A stretch of 63,300 bases of DNA, the filler included, from Acidimicrobiia bacterium (GTDB lineage: Bacteria; Actinomycetota; Acidimicrobiia; Spongiisociales; JAENVV01): assembly GCA_041577335.1 (NCBI GenBank). It is 4 parts of 3 records of this genome, joined end to end, with 100 filler letters (N's around TTAATTAATTAA, not from the genome) between each part and the next. Parts side by side here need not be neighbours in the genome. Positions count along the whole stretch, not along the records: positions 4,321 to 20,708 come from JBFGJH010000002.1; positions 20,809 to 43,356 come from JBFGJH010000004.1; 2 more parts are not named here. The stretch is one strand, 5' to 3'. The position numbers and the translations under genes were made by a program. A model generated the notes under the pieces. That model was given only the letters and a program-made list of their open reading frames with translations. It was not told the DNA's origin and ran no database searches. This document shows, one piece after another, positions 11,250 to 21,017 of the stretch; the stretch's first letter is position 1; the number at the start of each line of letters is the position of its first letter.

Positions 11250-12260
11250 ATGGCGAGCACATTGAAAAAGACGTTCATCAAGGGAGCGTCGCGCGTTGCT
11301 CGGTCGATCGACAGCGTTTCACCGAAAGCCGGCGATCTTCTCCGGCGCACCTACTACAAACCCAAATCCCAGTCCGGCGATGGCTGGATCGAGATGACCG
11401 GCAAGAACTACCGCATCATTCAGTCCCAAGATGCCCCGGACGCTCAGCGCATCGGCATCTATCTGCGCGGTGGGTGCGATTTGCCGGCCGTGATGACAAT
11501 GGCTCCTTTGGCCGCCAAAACGCTGACCGGCACCTGCGCCATCTCGCGCGATCCGATTCTCATCTCAGGCTCACACTCCAATTTGCTCCTTCAGACCCTC
11601 GGGGACCTCGACGACGTTCCTCGCGAAGCGCTCGACGAGGTGAGCCAGGTGTTGCACCTCGGAAGACGGTATTTCTCATCTGACCCGTTCGATCCGACAT
11701 TCGAAGTGATGGGTACGAAAGGGCCGGAGACGTTCGACAAGAACGTTGTCGCATTATCCATCGGCCCTGACTTCACGCGCACGCTGTACCGACATCGAGA
11801 GTATGGGTTCTTCGTCGATCCGGGTGGCTATTGGCTCAACGATGCCATCGATTCGGCAATCGATGACATGGAGGCGGTGAAGTGGTTCAGCAAGAACTTC
11901 AAGAGCGCCGGAAAGCTCACCGCCGACCAGTTCAGTGAGCGTTTCGGACGCCTCGTCACAGAATTCAAAGCTCGTACCGGAGCCCATGTGCTCGTCATCA
12001 ACCTCTTGACGGTGGACCCGGCCGATCCCATCCACAACTATCGGCTCGTCAAGAACCCCGACAATGCCCGGCGGCGCGAGTTCTCTATCCGGCTCGCTGA
12101 GATCTCCCGAGCCCACGACGTCGACATCATCGACGTCGACCGGGTCCTCAAGCTGCGAGGGATCGAGGAGCAGGTCGATTTCGCCCACTTCTCGGAGACG
12201 CAGTTCAAGCCGATCGCCGCCGAGGTCTACCGGATCCTGCGAGCGCGCGAAATCCTCTGA
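11250..12260 (+). CDS. SGNH-like protein, Cys type, paralogue 2
   Basis: GIYLRGGCDL ... QVDFAH; colinear with paralogue 1. Confidence 0.7.
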   Translation: MASTLKKTFIKGASRVARSIDSVSPKAGDLLRRTYYKPKSQSGDGWIEMTGKNYRIIQSQDAPDAQRIGIYLRGGCDLPAVMTMAPLAAKTLTGTCAISRDPILISGSHSNLLLQTLGDLDDVPREALDEVSQVLHLGRRYFSSDPFDPTFEVMGTKGPETFDKNVVALSIGPDFTRTLYRHREYGFFVDPGGYWLNDAIDSAIDDMEAVKWFSKNFKSAGKLTADQFSERFGRLVTEFKARTGAHVLVINLLTVDPADPIHNYRLVKNPDNARRREFSIRLAEISRAHDVDIIDVDRVLKLRGIEEQVDFAHFSETQFKPIAAEVYRILRAREIL

Positions 12261-12266
12261 GAGGGT

Positions 12267-13562
12267 CTACGCGGACTCCTGCTTGCGCTCTGCCCACAAA
12301 CGGGTACCGGCCGACCCGGCGATTGCTCCGAGCACGACGCCGGCGAGGCCCACGCCGATCAGTGTCGACGCCGGCCACCCGTCTTGGTCCTCCTCGGGCG
12401 ATGCTGCCTGGCGTTGATCGTTCAATCGCACGCGATCTGTGGATTGGGTGGCCGCCCGCCTCGAGCTGTTGTCGGACGCCTGGCCTCTGATCGTTGTCTC
12501 GGGAGCCTCCGCCACCGTTTCCTCAGTGGTCGTGGTGGCGGCGGCCTCGGTTGGGGGAGGGCTGTCGCTCGCCTCGCCGGCTTCGAACCAGGTTGCGGTC
12601 GGGTCCGCAATCAGATGGTCGTACAGAAGCTGACCGACTTTGAGAGCGCCAGTTTCGGGAAGGGGATGGACGCCGTCGTTGGGAGCAAAATCGGAGCATT
12701 CCCATATGAGCCCGTCACTACGAGGGTTCAGGCCATCGGCCCACAAGTAAGGCCCCCAGGCCATCCAGGGAGCGAGGACCGCTCCTGCCTGTGGGTCGGC
12801 ATTGAGTGCTGCAGATCCATTGATCTGTTCCTCGATGAACCACTTCACCGAAAACCCGTGGTTGTAGGCGTTCGGTTCGGAATCTGCATCCGGGATGTAT
12901 CCGCCGTACATTCGGCTGGAGACGTACATCAACTGGAGATTGGGGAACCGCTCTTTGGCCGTCTGGGTGACTTGCGTCATCAATGCCAGGTCGGACGCAG
13001 CATCCTCGAGAGTGCGAGGTCCTCGGGTGCGTGGAGGCAGCATCATCCACGCCACCTGCACCTGCTCAGGTGTTCCGCCGAGGTCCTCGATGTTTCGGAT
13101 CGCCCTGTTCCACGTCTGGTCGCTGTTCTGGTTGGCCCAGTTGCCCAGAGCCCGACCGGTTTGCGACGTGTTGGCGATCAGCACATTGGGATTCACACCG
13201 CCTTCTGTGGCGGCTGTTTCGATGAGCCCATTGAATTGGACGAGCGTGTTCGACACGCCGAGTGAAATGAACACGATCTTGCCGTCGGGGCTGGGCGTTC
13301 CATCAGGACCACGAGGTACAACCTGCTCCAGAAGCGACATCCCGAGCTCGAGGTGATCGGCGGGAATCTCGTTCGATCCGCCAGGGTAGAGACCACCCTG
13401 GGCGCCTTCGTACTCTCCCGTTCCCAAGTCGGTGAGGGGTATCAGACCCGTACCGGTGTTGCTGCAATCGGCGGCAGCGGCCGCCGGGATCGCAGTCGCC
13501 AGCAAGACGACGAGCAGGGCTGCGAGCAGCACAACACTTGAGATTGAACGACGCACGGACAC
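12267..13562 (-). CDS. Secreted, C-terminally anchored SGNH-like protein A
   Basis: Signal peptide, ISLGVSNT, WGPYLWADG, DGVHP, Thr/Ala linker, C-terminal TM helix. Confidence 0.7.
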   Translation of the reverse strand: MSVRRSISSVVLLAALLVVLLATAIPAAAAADCSNTGTGLIPLTDLGTGEYEGAQGGLYPGGSNEIPADHLELGMSLLEQVVPRGPDGTPSPDGKIVFISLGVSNTLVQFNGLIETAATEGGVNPNVLIANTSQTGRALGNWANQNSDQTWNRAIRNIEDLGGTPEQVQVAWMMLPPRTRGPRTLEDAASDLALMTQVTQTAKERFPNLQLMYVSSRMYGGYIPDADSEPNAYNHGFSVKWFIEEQINGSAALNADPQAGAVLAPWMAWGPYLWADGLNPRSDGLIWECSDFAPNDGVHPLPETGALKVGQLLYDHLIADPTATWFEAGEASDSPPPTEAAATTTTEETVAEAPETTIRGQASDNSSRRAATQSTDRVRLNDQRQAASPEEDQDGWPASTLIGVGLAGVVLGAIAGSAGTRLWAERKQESA

Positions 13563-13821
13563 CCCCCTCTGCGATCAGAACCGCCACTTTAGTGCCGGCG
13601 GGAAGGTACAGATACCAAAAAAATCTGTCTGGACGGGCGATGGCAACGACCCTCCGTGAACGCGAATGGTCCGTGCGTGCACGCTAGACAGACTCCGGAG
13701 CCACCACTACGCTTGCGCTTGCTCACTGATCGGACGGGATGGGAGGGCCATGCGCATTGCGCGTTGTGCCCTGCGCCGATACGGTGAGTGCCCGCATGTG
13801 GGTCAACTAAGGGAGGGAACC

Positions 13822-14073
13822 ATGTCGGATATCAAGCAGGCCGTTCGAGAGCAGGTCATCTCGGAATTCATGGATGGTCAGGGAGACAAGCTCACGGACG
13901 AGACCAGGCTCGTCGAAGAGGAGATCATCGACTCGCTGGGGATCTTTCTCATGCTCGGCTTCATCAAGGAGCGGTTCGGCATCGAGGTCGACCCTGAAGA
14001 CGTGACGCTGGATAATTTTGCGTCGGTGAACACGATCGTCGACCTCATCAACGGCAAACGCGACGCCGCCTGA
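13822..14073 (+). CDS. Stand-alone acyl/aminoacyl carrier protein
   Basis: 83 aa, acidic; IIDSLG phosphopantetheine site; FGIEV..EDVTLDNFASV; RBS GGGAGG. Confidence 0.9.
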   Translation: MSDIKQAVREQVISEFMDGQGDKLTDETRLVEEEIIDSLGIFLMLGFIKERFGIEVDPEDVTLDNFASVNTIVDLINGKRDAA

Positions 14074-14076
14074 GCC

Positions 14077-14742
14077 ATGGAGTCCATCAAGTTATTCCTG
14101 ACGGGGACCGATCGGCTCCGCGACATGCTCTGTTCCACCGCCGATGGCGGCCGGAAGCTCTCAAGAGGGGTGCGCGAACTCGTCGCCGAGCAGTACGCCG
14201 GCAAGGCGGAAGTAGACGTGGTGTTCGAGCCGTCCGTCGGCGCGGCATCCTTGAGACAAGCCATCGAGGACGGGTCGAGTCAGCTGTCTGAATCCGCCGC
14301 CAACCTCGTCGTGACGTCCGTCGACGCCGAGTTCGCGGCTGGCGATGGCGCCTCGGCTGATGCTTACGAGAGCGACATGCTGGCAGTCATTCGCTCCATC
14401 AAAGCCAACCCCGGCAGCCACGTGATCGTGCTCCTGGCGTCCACGATCGACCCGGAAACGATCGTCTCCAACTATCAGCGCGAGGAGAGTGACCCGACGT
14501 CTCTCCGGGTGCATCGATACGACTTGGCGGCGATGCGGCTTTCGTTCGAGGAAGGAATCTCGGTCCTCGACGTCGACCGGATCATCGCCGAAATGGGTGC
14601 TGCCGACCATGTTCCTGCGTTTCTCGAATACTCCGAGGGCGCCTGTCAGGCGATCGCCAACGAGTTGGTGCGGATCATGGATGATTACGCCTTCTTCGAC
14701 GATCGGCCCCTTCTACCCCAGGTAGGACGAGAAGACGCATGA
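14077..14742 (+). CDS. Shortened, degenerate paralogue of the Cys-SGNH proteins
   Basis: Shares HVIVL..T.DP, NY and VLDVDRII but lacks GxCD and DxxH. Confidence 0.65.
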   Translation: MESIKLFLTGTDRLRDMLCSTADGGRKLSRGVRELVAEQYAGKAEVDVVFEPSVGAASLRQAIEDGSSQLSESAANLVVTSVDAEFAAGDGASADAYESDMLAVIRSIKANPGSHVIVLLASTIDPETIVSNYQREESDPTSLRVHRYDLAAMRLSFEEGISVLDVDRIIAEMGAADHVPAFLEYSEGACQAIANELVRIMDDYAFFDDRPLLPQVGREDA

Positions 14743-15731
14743 TCGAGACCGTGCTCGTGAAGGGCGCCCGTGCCTGGAGGTCGGTCGCCGGCAATGGCAC
14801 CAGCGTTGAGAAGTTCGTGAAGCGCAGGTACCGCAAAGCGATTCGCGTCGAAAAGGGTCGATTGGCGACCCAGTACAGCAATCAGGACTCGGTGGTCATC
14901 CAGGCAAAGAGGAACCCCGAGGATAAGCGGGGCATCTACATGAAAGGTGGCTGCGACCTCCCCTCACTGTTCTTGGCGGGGCCCATGATCAAAGATGTTC
15001 TGGAGCAGGGAACGGTGGCCATCGCCCGTCCAACCGTGGCGGTGGGGACCAGCCAAACGAGCCAGGTGCTCCAGACTCTCGAAGGCATTCCTGAGGAACA
15101 CATCGTCGAGACGTGCCGCAAGCTCCAGATTCGGCCGACCTTCTTCAAGCCGACCCTCTTCGATGAGACGTTCGAGGCAGGTGGCATGGAGCGCTTCGGC
15201 GATTTCCCGAAGTCCGCCGTAGTGCTCTCGGTCGGCTCGGACCTCACTCGGTCCCTCCACCGCCATCGCGAGCACGGCTTTCTGGTTGACATCGGGGGTT
15301 GGTGGCTCAACCAATCGCTCGACAAAGCCATACAAGACGTCGAGACCGTGAAATGGTTCAAGAAGACGTTCGAGCCGGTGGGCAAGATGACCATTCCCGA
15401 GTTTGTCTCGAACATGGAGCTGATCGTCAAACATCTGCGGGATCAACTCGGGTCTCATCTCATCGTGATGAATACCCTCGTGGTCGAGCCGCTGAGCCCG
15501 ACTCATAACTTCCAGCTCCTCAACGAGGATCACGTCACCCGCAAACGGATGTTCAACATTGCGCTGGCGGACCTCTCGAAATCTCAAGGGTTTCATGTCA
15601 TCGACGTCGATCGCATTCTCAAAGAGAACGGGGTGCGCGATCAGGTCGACTTCGCCCACTTTCCTGTGGAAGGCAAGATGCCGGTTGCCAAAGAAGCGTT
15701 CCGTATCTTCAGAGAGCTCGAAATCGTTTGA
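14739..15731 (+). CDS. SGNH-like protein, Cys type, paralogue 3
   Basis: GIYMKGGCDL, LHRHREHGFLVDIGGWWLN and QVDFAH motifs. Confidence 0.7.
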   Translation: MIETVLVKGARAWRSVAGNGTSVEKFVKRRYRKAIRVEKGRLATQYSNQDSVVIQAKRNPEDKRGIYMKGGCDLPSLFLAGPMIKDVLEQGTVAIARPTVAVGTSQTSQVLQTLEGIPEEHIVETCRKLQIRPTFFKPTLFDETFEAGGMERFGDFPKSAVVLSVGSDLTRSLHRHREHGFLVDIGGWWLNQSLDKAIQDVETVKWFKKTFEPVGKMTIPEFVSNMELIVKHLRDQLGSHLIVMNTLVVEPLSPTHNFQLLNEDHVTRKRMFNIALADLSKSQGFHVIDVDRILKENGVRDQVDFAHFPVEGKMPVAKEAFRIFRELEIV

Positions 15732-16867
15732 CGCAAGCCACGCGGCCCACCGTGCTGTTCGTCGCGGTGCCCGGTGCTCTGGGAGGCTCCAATCGGGCGC
15801 TCCTCACGCTACTCCACGCTCTCGAGGGACAGCTGACCCGTGTCGTTGCTGCTCCCGCCGTGGGGGCGATGGCGTACACCGTTGCCGATGAGGGTTTGTC
15901 CGAGGAGTACATCGGCCTTCGACACTCGTCGGGCGTAGGGCGGCTGTTGCGGTTTCTCAACGCGTTCCGCATTCTGCGCTGGGCGCACTCACATCGCGGT
16001 GAGATCCACACGATCCACGCCAACGCCACCACGGGGCTCTACATGGCGCTTCCTGCGTCGCTCTGGTCGGGCATTCCGATCACGGTGTGGGTTCATGATT
16101 CGGTAAGTACCCGGTGGGGGCGGCGGATCGGCCGCCTGATCGGAGGTCGGCTGCGGCGAGTCCGATGGGCGGCCGTTTCGTCGGTTGCTCGGGACGTCAT
16201 CGTGAAGAACGGCTTCGCTCGTATGGATGAGATCGAGATCGTCCCGAACCCGGTTCAGGAGTCTGCGGTGCTTGCCAGGGTCAAGGATCCCCAGGTCGAG
16301 GGAAAGGTTCGGATCGGCTTTCTGGGTGCCGCGACCGCAGCCAAGGGTTTTGATCTCCTGCCCGATGTCATGGCAGCCACTGCCGACTTGCCGATCACTT
16401 GGAAGCTTGTGGTCAACCGCAAGGATCTTCCCGAAGAGACCCCGATCTGGGAGAAGATCGACGCTGTCGAGGGACTCAACGCTGAGCTCATCGGCCGTAT
16501 CCACGATGTGCGAGAGGCCTACGCACAGTGCGACATCATCTTCAACCCTTCACAGTTCGAGTCGTTCTCACGTGTTACGGCTGAGGCGCTCCTCAACGGA
16601 ATACCGGTCGTTGCGTCGGACCTGCCGTCTATGCGCGACCTGCTTGGCGGCAGTGACGCAGGAGTGCTGTTTCCTCGCGGTGATACCGACGCCGCTGCGA
16701 CGGCCATTCGGAGACTGGTCGAGGACCCGGCAGAGCTGGCGCGGCGTTCGGCGGCCTGCCGTTCGGTACCGTTGGAATTCGAGCCGGGGACAGTGGCCCG
16801 CCACATGATGGATCTGTACGGTTCTGCACATGCGCTGGGAACGAAGACTGCCCGCCGGCAAGGGTGA
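15728..16867 (+). CDS. Glycosyltransferase family 4 (GT-B)
   Basis: GG motif, HTIHAN, AKGFD and PSQFESFSRVTAEALLNGIPVVASD (EX7E). Confidence 0.9.
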   Translation: MTQATRPTVLFVAVPGALGGSNRALLTLLHALEGQLTRVVAAPAVGAMAYTVADEGLSEEYIGLRHSSGVGRLLRFLNAFRILRWAHSHRGEIHTIHANATTGLYMALPASLWSGIPITVWVHDSVSTRWGRRIGRLIGGRLRRVRWAAVSSVARDVIVKNGFARMDEIEIVPNPVQESAVLARVKDPQVEGKVRIGFLGAATAAKGFDLLPDVMAATADLPITWKLVVNRKDLPEETPIWEKIDAVEGLNAELIGRIHDVREAYAQCDIIFNPSQFESFSRVTAEALLNGIPVVASDLPSMRDLLGGSDAGVLFPRGDTDAAATAIRRLVEDPAELARRSAACRSVPLEFEPGTVARHMMDLYGSAHALGTKTARRQG

Positions 16868-17742
16868 AACGAATGGATAGAGCATTCCTGGTGGGCTGCC
16901 CGCGATCCGGCACCACCCTTCTGCAAACGATGCTGGCGCAGCATCCGGCCGTTTTCACGGTCCCCGAAACGCACTACTTCCTCAAGCTGCGGGGGCGATT
17001 TGCCGACCACGATGTCGGCCCTCTCGTTTCACCGCGCTCGGCGGCACGAGCGCTTGACGGCGCGGTTGCCGCCGCAGCACCTGCCGCGAGGCCCGCCGTA
17101 CCGCGCTGGTGGCCATTCTTTGGGCGTTACGCGCGATCGTTTGTCGAGGTCATGGATGCCGGTGCCGCCGCTCACGGTGCCTCGGTGTGGATCGAGAAGT
17201 CGCCGATTCATCTCCACCACTTGGACGAAATAGCTGAGCACGTCCCCGATGTCGTGTTCTTGCACCTACTACGCGATGGGTGTGACGTGGTGGCGTCGTT
17301 TGTCGACTTGTGTGAGAGAGAACCTGAGCGATGGGTCCCGCAGCTGCTGACGAAGGATGATCTCGCCCCAAGCAGGAGGGTGCTCATCGAAGCTGCCGCC
17401 GCCCGCTGGAATCGCGATATCGCCCTGAGCGTCGACTGCTACGGCCGTCGGGGCCATCACGTCCTGACGTACGAGAGCCTGATCGCCGACCCACGAACCG
17501 AGCTGCAGGCGGTCGCGGCGTTCTTCGGTTTGTCGTACGACCCCGCCATGGAGCGCAATTGGGAATCGGCCGAGCAGGTGGTCGGGCATCGCAAGGACAT
17601 GCAGCATATGGAAAAGGCTTTCCAGCCGGTAGAGGACCGTCGCCGGCGGAGATTCACCACCGTGTTTTCGTCCGGCGAACAGCAGCGCGTGATCGACATG
17701 CTCACGCACGGTGGCGACCCGAGAGCCGCACTCTCACCTTGA
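16864..17742 (+). CDS. PAPS-dependent sulfotransferase
   Basis: 5'-PSB GCPRSGTT, PETH, EKSP, 3'-PB LLRDGCDVVAS and YESL motifs. Confidence 0.9.
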   Translation: MKRMDRAFLVGCPRSGTTLLQTMLAQHPAVFTVPETHYFLKLRGRFADHDVGPLVSPRSAARALDGAVAAAAPAARPAVPRWWPFFGRYARSFVEVMDAGAAAHGASVWIEKSPIHLHHLDEIAEHVPDVVFLHLLRDGCDVVASFVDLCEREPERWVPQLLTKDDLAPSRRVLIEAAAARWNRDIALSVDCYGRRGHHVLTYESLIADPRTELQAVAAFFGLSYDPAMERNWESAEQVVGHRKDMQHMEKAFQPVEDRRRRRFTTVFSSGEQQRVIDMLTHGGDPRAALSP

Positions 17743-17837
17743 GACGATTACCGCCAGTCAAGCGATGATCACTATGGTCAATTCGGCACTAACACACTAG
17801 GGTGGCGGTTCACTGTCAATATGGCTTGGGGGCAAAC

Positions 17838-19058
17838 ATGAAGACAGATGTTGTAATCGTGGGAGGTGGGCCAGGTGGCTGTACAACCTCCCTTTTTCTC
17901 GAACAACGGGGAATCAGCTCGGTAATCGTCGAAAAGGACGACTTTCCGCGCTTTCACATCGGCGAATCGATGACCGGCGAAGCCGGCGCAATCGTCCGTC
18001 GGCTCGGTCTCGAAGCCACCATGAAAGCTCGCAGCTACCCGGTCAAGTTCGCAACCGAGGTCTACGGCACGGGGGGCAACAACAAATTCCGCGTTCCCGT
18101 CATGGCGCGCGGCGACGAGGGCCTCAACCGCGCCTCGACCTGGCAGGTCCGCCGTAGCGACTTCGATGCGATTCTCTTCGAGGCCGCCATCGAGCGAGGG
18201 GCGACCCATGTGACGGGCAAGGCTCAGAAGCCGATCGTCGATGCCGACGGCCGGGTCACCGGAGTTTCCGTGGAGCTCCCGGAGGGAGACACACTCGACA
18301 TCGAAGCACAGATGGTGGTTGACGCCTCTGGGAGAGGAACCTGGGCTTCACGTGCCGGGTTGACGGGACCCAAAGACAAGGGCAACTACGCCAAACAGAC
18401 CGCGGTGTTCTCTCACCTCCGGGGGGCGGTTCGGGACGAGGGCGATGACAGCGGAAACACGATCATCTTCTACAAGTCGCACCTTCATTGGGGATGGTTC
18501 ATACCCATCGACGATGAGGTCACGTCGATTGGCATCGTGGCACCCAACAAACACTTCCAGAACTTCTCCGGAACCGTCGAGGAGTATTACGACGAAGAGG
18601 TAGCGACGCTCAATCCTGAGCTTGCGCGACGGCTCGACGACGCCGAACAGGTCGAACCGGTTCGGTCGACAGCGAACTTCTCATACGAGGTCACCGACTA
18701 CGTTGGAGAAGGATTCATGTGCGTCGGCGACTCGCATCGTTTCATCGACCCGATCTTCTCCTTCGGGCTGTACATCACCATGGCAGAGGCCGAGAAGGCA
18801 GCGTCGGTGATTGCCGATGTCCTCGCCGGGTCTGGTGACGATGCCCTGGGTGACTATGCCGCTTTCACGCAGCGGGGCCAGGACAACCTCCAGAACCTGG
18901 TTGACGGATTCTGGACCAACCCACTTGCCTTTGGCTACATGGTTCACCATTCTGAATACGCCGATGACTTCATCGACCTGTTCGCAGGTCGCATCTACGA
19001 TGAAGCGCCGAATCCAGCCATCACCAAGCTCGGCTCGCTCATCGCCAACAATGCGTGA
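17838..19058 (+). CDS. Flavin-dependent halogenase-like oxidoreductase
   Basis: GGGPGG, FPRFHIGES, YPVK, WGWFIP (WxWxIP) and FIDPIFSFG motifs. Confidence 0.8.
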   Translation: MKTDVVIVGGGPGGCTTSLFLEQRGISSVIVEKDDFPRFHIGESMTGEAGAIVRRLGLEATMKARSYPVKFATEVYGTGGNNKFRVPVMARGDEGLNRASTWQVRRSDFDAILFEAAIERGATHVTGKAQKPIVDADGRVTGVSVELPEGDTLDIEAQMVVDASGRGTWASRAGLTGPKDKGNYAKQTAVFSHLRGAVRDEGDDSGNTIIFYKSHLHWGWFIPIDDEVTSIGIVAPNKHFQNFSGTVEEYYDEEVATLNPELARRLDDAEQVEPVRSTANFSYEVTDYVGEGFMCVGDSHRFIDPIFSFGLYITMAEAEKAASVIADVLAGSGDDALGDYAAFTQRGQDNLQNLVDGFWTNPLAFGYMVHHSEYADDFIDLFAGRIYDEAPNPAITKLGSLIANNA

Positions 19059-19094
19059 AGTAGGCGTCGGCGCTCCAGCACGAGGTCGTCATCC

Positions 19095-19526
19095 ATGAGA
19101 ATGCGCATCGTCGTTCCGACAATCGAGGTCAACCTTCCCCGTGCAGCGGTGGAAGCCTGGCATGTTACGCCCGGCCAACGAGTTGAGTTTGGTCAACCGA
19201 TCTGTGATCTCGCTGTGTCGGAGCGCGTCAGGATCAAAACCGTGAGCCGTGCGGACGCGCTTATCAAGGTGACTCGACGCAAGAAGAAGGTCGAAGAAGA
19301 GAGCGAGCTGGAACAAGATCGCTTTCACGTCGTGTACCAGTTGCTGGCATCGGAACCGGCCACGATCGTGGAACTCGTTGCTGCGCTGGACGATCCGCTC
19401 GACGTCGGAGGCCTCCTTGCGATCGCGGATTCTGACCCCGCGCCGGCCGTCGGCGACTCGAGCCAGATCGACGATATGCCAGCGATGCGGGTCGTCGCTG
19501 CGTTGGCCGCGGAAGACACTTTCTAG
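19095..19526 (+). CDS. Biotinyl/lipoyl-fold-like protein B with insertion at the lysine hairpin
   Basis: AVEAWHVTPGQRVEFGQPICDL ... EPATIVELVAALDDPLDVGGLLAI; same layout as 9826-10221. Confidence 0.65.
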   Translation: MRMRIVVPTIEVNLPRAAVEAWHVTPGQRVEFGQPICDLAVSERVRIKTVSRADALIKVTRRKKKVEEESELEQDRFHVVYQLLASEPATIVELVAALDDPLDVGGLLAIADSDPAPAVGDSSQIDDMPAMRVVAALAAEDTF

Positions 19527-20708
19527 CTGAAGCGACGCCGCTGCTCGTACCAGGCGCCCCCTGCCGCTCCGGCGAGGACTCCGATAGCAGCCACGCCGAC
19601 GAGAGGTGCTGCCGAACGCGTTGGCGCGTCGCCCTGACTCGAACCGAGCGCCTCTGTTCGTGGCGATGTGAGGCTCGTGCTCGTGGTGACGGGTGGGGTT
19701 GATGTCGCAGTCGGGTCCGGGCCAGTAGTGGGCGGAGCCTGCTCAGGCATCGACGAAGGGACCACGGGCTCACTCGCGCCAGTCGAGGCGAGAAACCAGC
19801 CGGTGGCGGTTGCGTCGGTTGAGAAGTGCTCAAACAGAGCTGACGCGACCTTTTGCGAGGCACCCGGTCCCGGGTGAATTCCGTCATCATCGAAGTCATC
19901 ACACTCATACACGAGACCATCGCTTCGCCCGGCGGTACCGTCTGCCCACAAGTACGGCCCCCAGGCGATCCACGGGGCCATGACCGGTCCAGTGGCCGGG
20001 TCCGCGTTGAGTTCTGGGTTGCCGGTGATCTGGTCCTCGATCAACCACTTCACCGCGAAACCGTTCTGGTACGCCTTGGGCTCAGCGTCGGAGCTCCCCC
20101 CGTATCCTGCATAAATGCGGCTCGACAGATAGGTGAGGCGGAGATTGGGAAAACGGCCCGCCAGGATATTGAGCACCGTCCTCAGTTGAGCGAGTTCAGC
20201 TTCCACATCGTCCAAAGACGGTGTGCCGCGAATCCTGGCCGGGAGCTTGACCCACGCCACCTGCACCTGTTCGGCCGAGATCCCGGCTCGGCTGAGGTCG
20301 CGGTCAACGTTCTGCCAGGCGTTGGCTTGCGCCCCCTCGGCCCATGCTTCGAGCGATCGAGAGCCTTGCGCACCATTCAGAACAACCAGTCGCGGATTGA
20401 CTTGATCACTGTTCGCCAGCTGATTGAGAAACTCGTCGAATTCAATCATGGTGTTCGAGACGCCCACGGAAATCATGCCGATCTGGCCGGCAGGATCCGG
20501 CTCTCCCGTGGCATTGCGCGGCTGTACCAGGGCAGCCTGCTGGAGGCCCAGCTCCATGTGTTTCTCAGGTATCTCGTTGGCCCCGTCGGGGTACAGGCCG
20601 CCCATATATCCGAGGTATTCGCCTGCCGCCAGATCATTGATCGGGATGAGCCCGGTCGACGTGTTACCGCAACTCTGGGCAGGCGCAGGTGGCCCGATCG
20701 TGAGTAAC
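19523..20708 (-). CDS. Secreted, C-terminally anchored SGNH-like protein B (5' partial)
   Basis: Frame open to the gap (AQSCGNTSTGLIPINDL); ISVGVSNT, WGPYLWADG and DGIHP; paralogue of 12267-13562. Confidence 0.72.
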
Positions 20709-20808
20709 NNNNNNNNNNNNNNNNNNNNNNNNNNNNNNNNNNNNNNNNNNNNTTAATTAATTAANNNNNNNNNNNNNNNNNNNNNNNNNNNNNNNNNNNN
20801 NNNNNNNN
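20709..20808. other. Artificial contig-joining spacer
   Basis: N runs with TTAATTAATTAA. Confidence 0.98.
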
Positions 20809-21017
20809 ACAACGTCATCGCCGACGACGGCACCTTTGACTCACGCATGCCCGACGGCGCCAATCAGAAGCCGGGAGAATCATGGTCGCTCACCATCGAT
20901 GCTCCCGGGACGTACGCATATTACTGCTCTCTGCACGCCATCCAGAACAACGACGGCGAATGGCAGGGCATGGTCGGCACCGTGATCGCCAATGAGTCCG
21001 CACCGGGAGAGTTATGA
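20809..21017 (+). CDS. Cupredoxin (plastocyanin/azurin-like) domain protein, 5' partial
   Basis: Hand translation NVIADDGTFDS...PGTYAYYCSLH...GMVGTVI; type-1 Cu ligands C, H, M. Confidence 0.85.
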
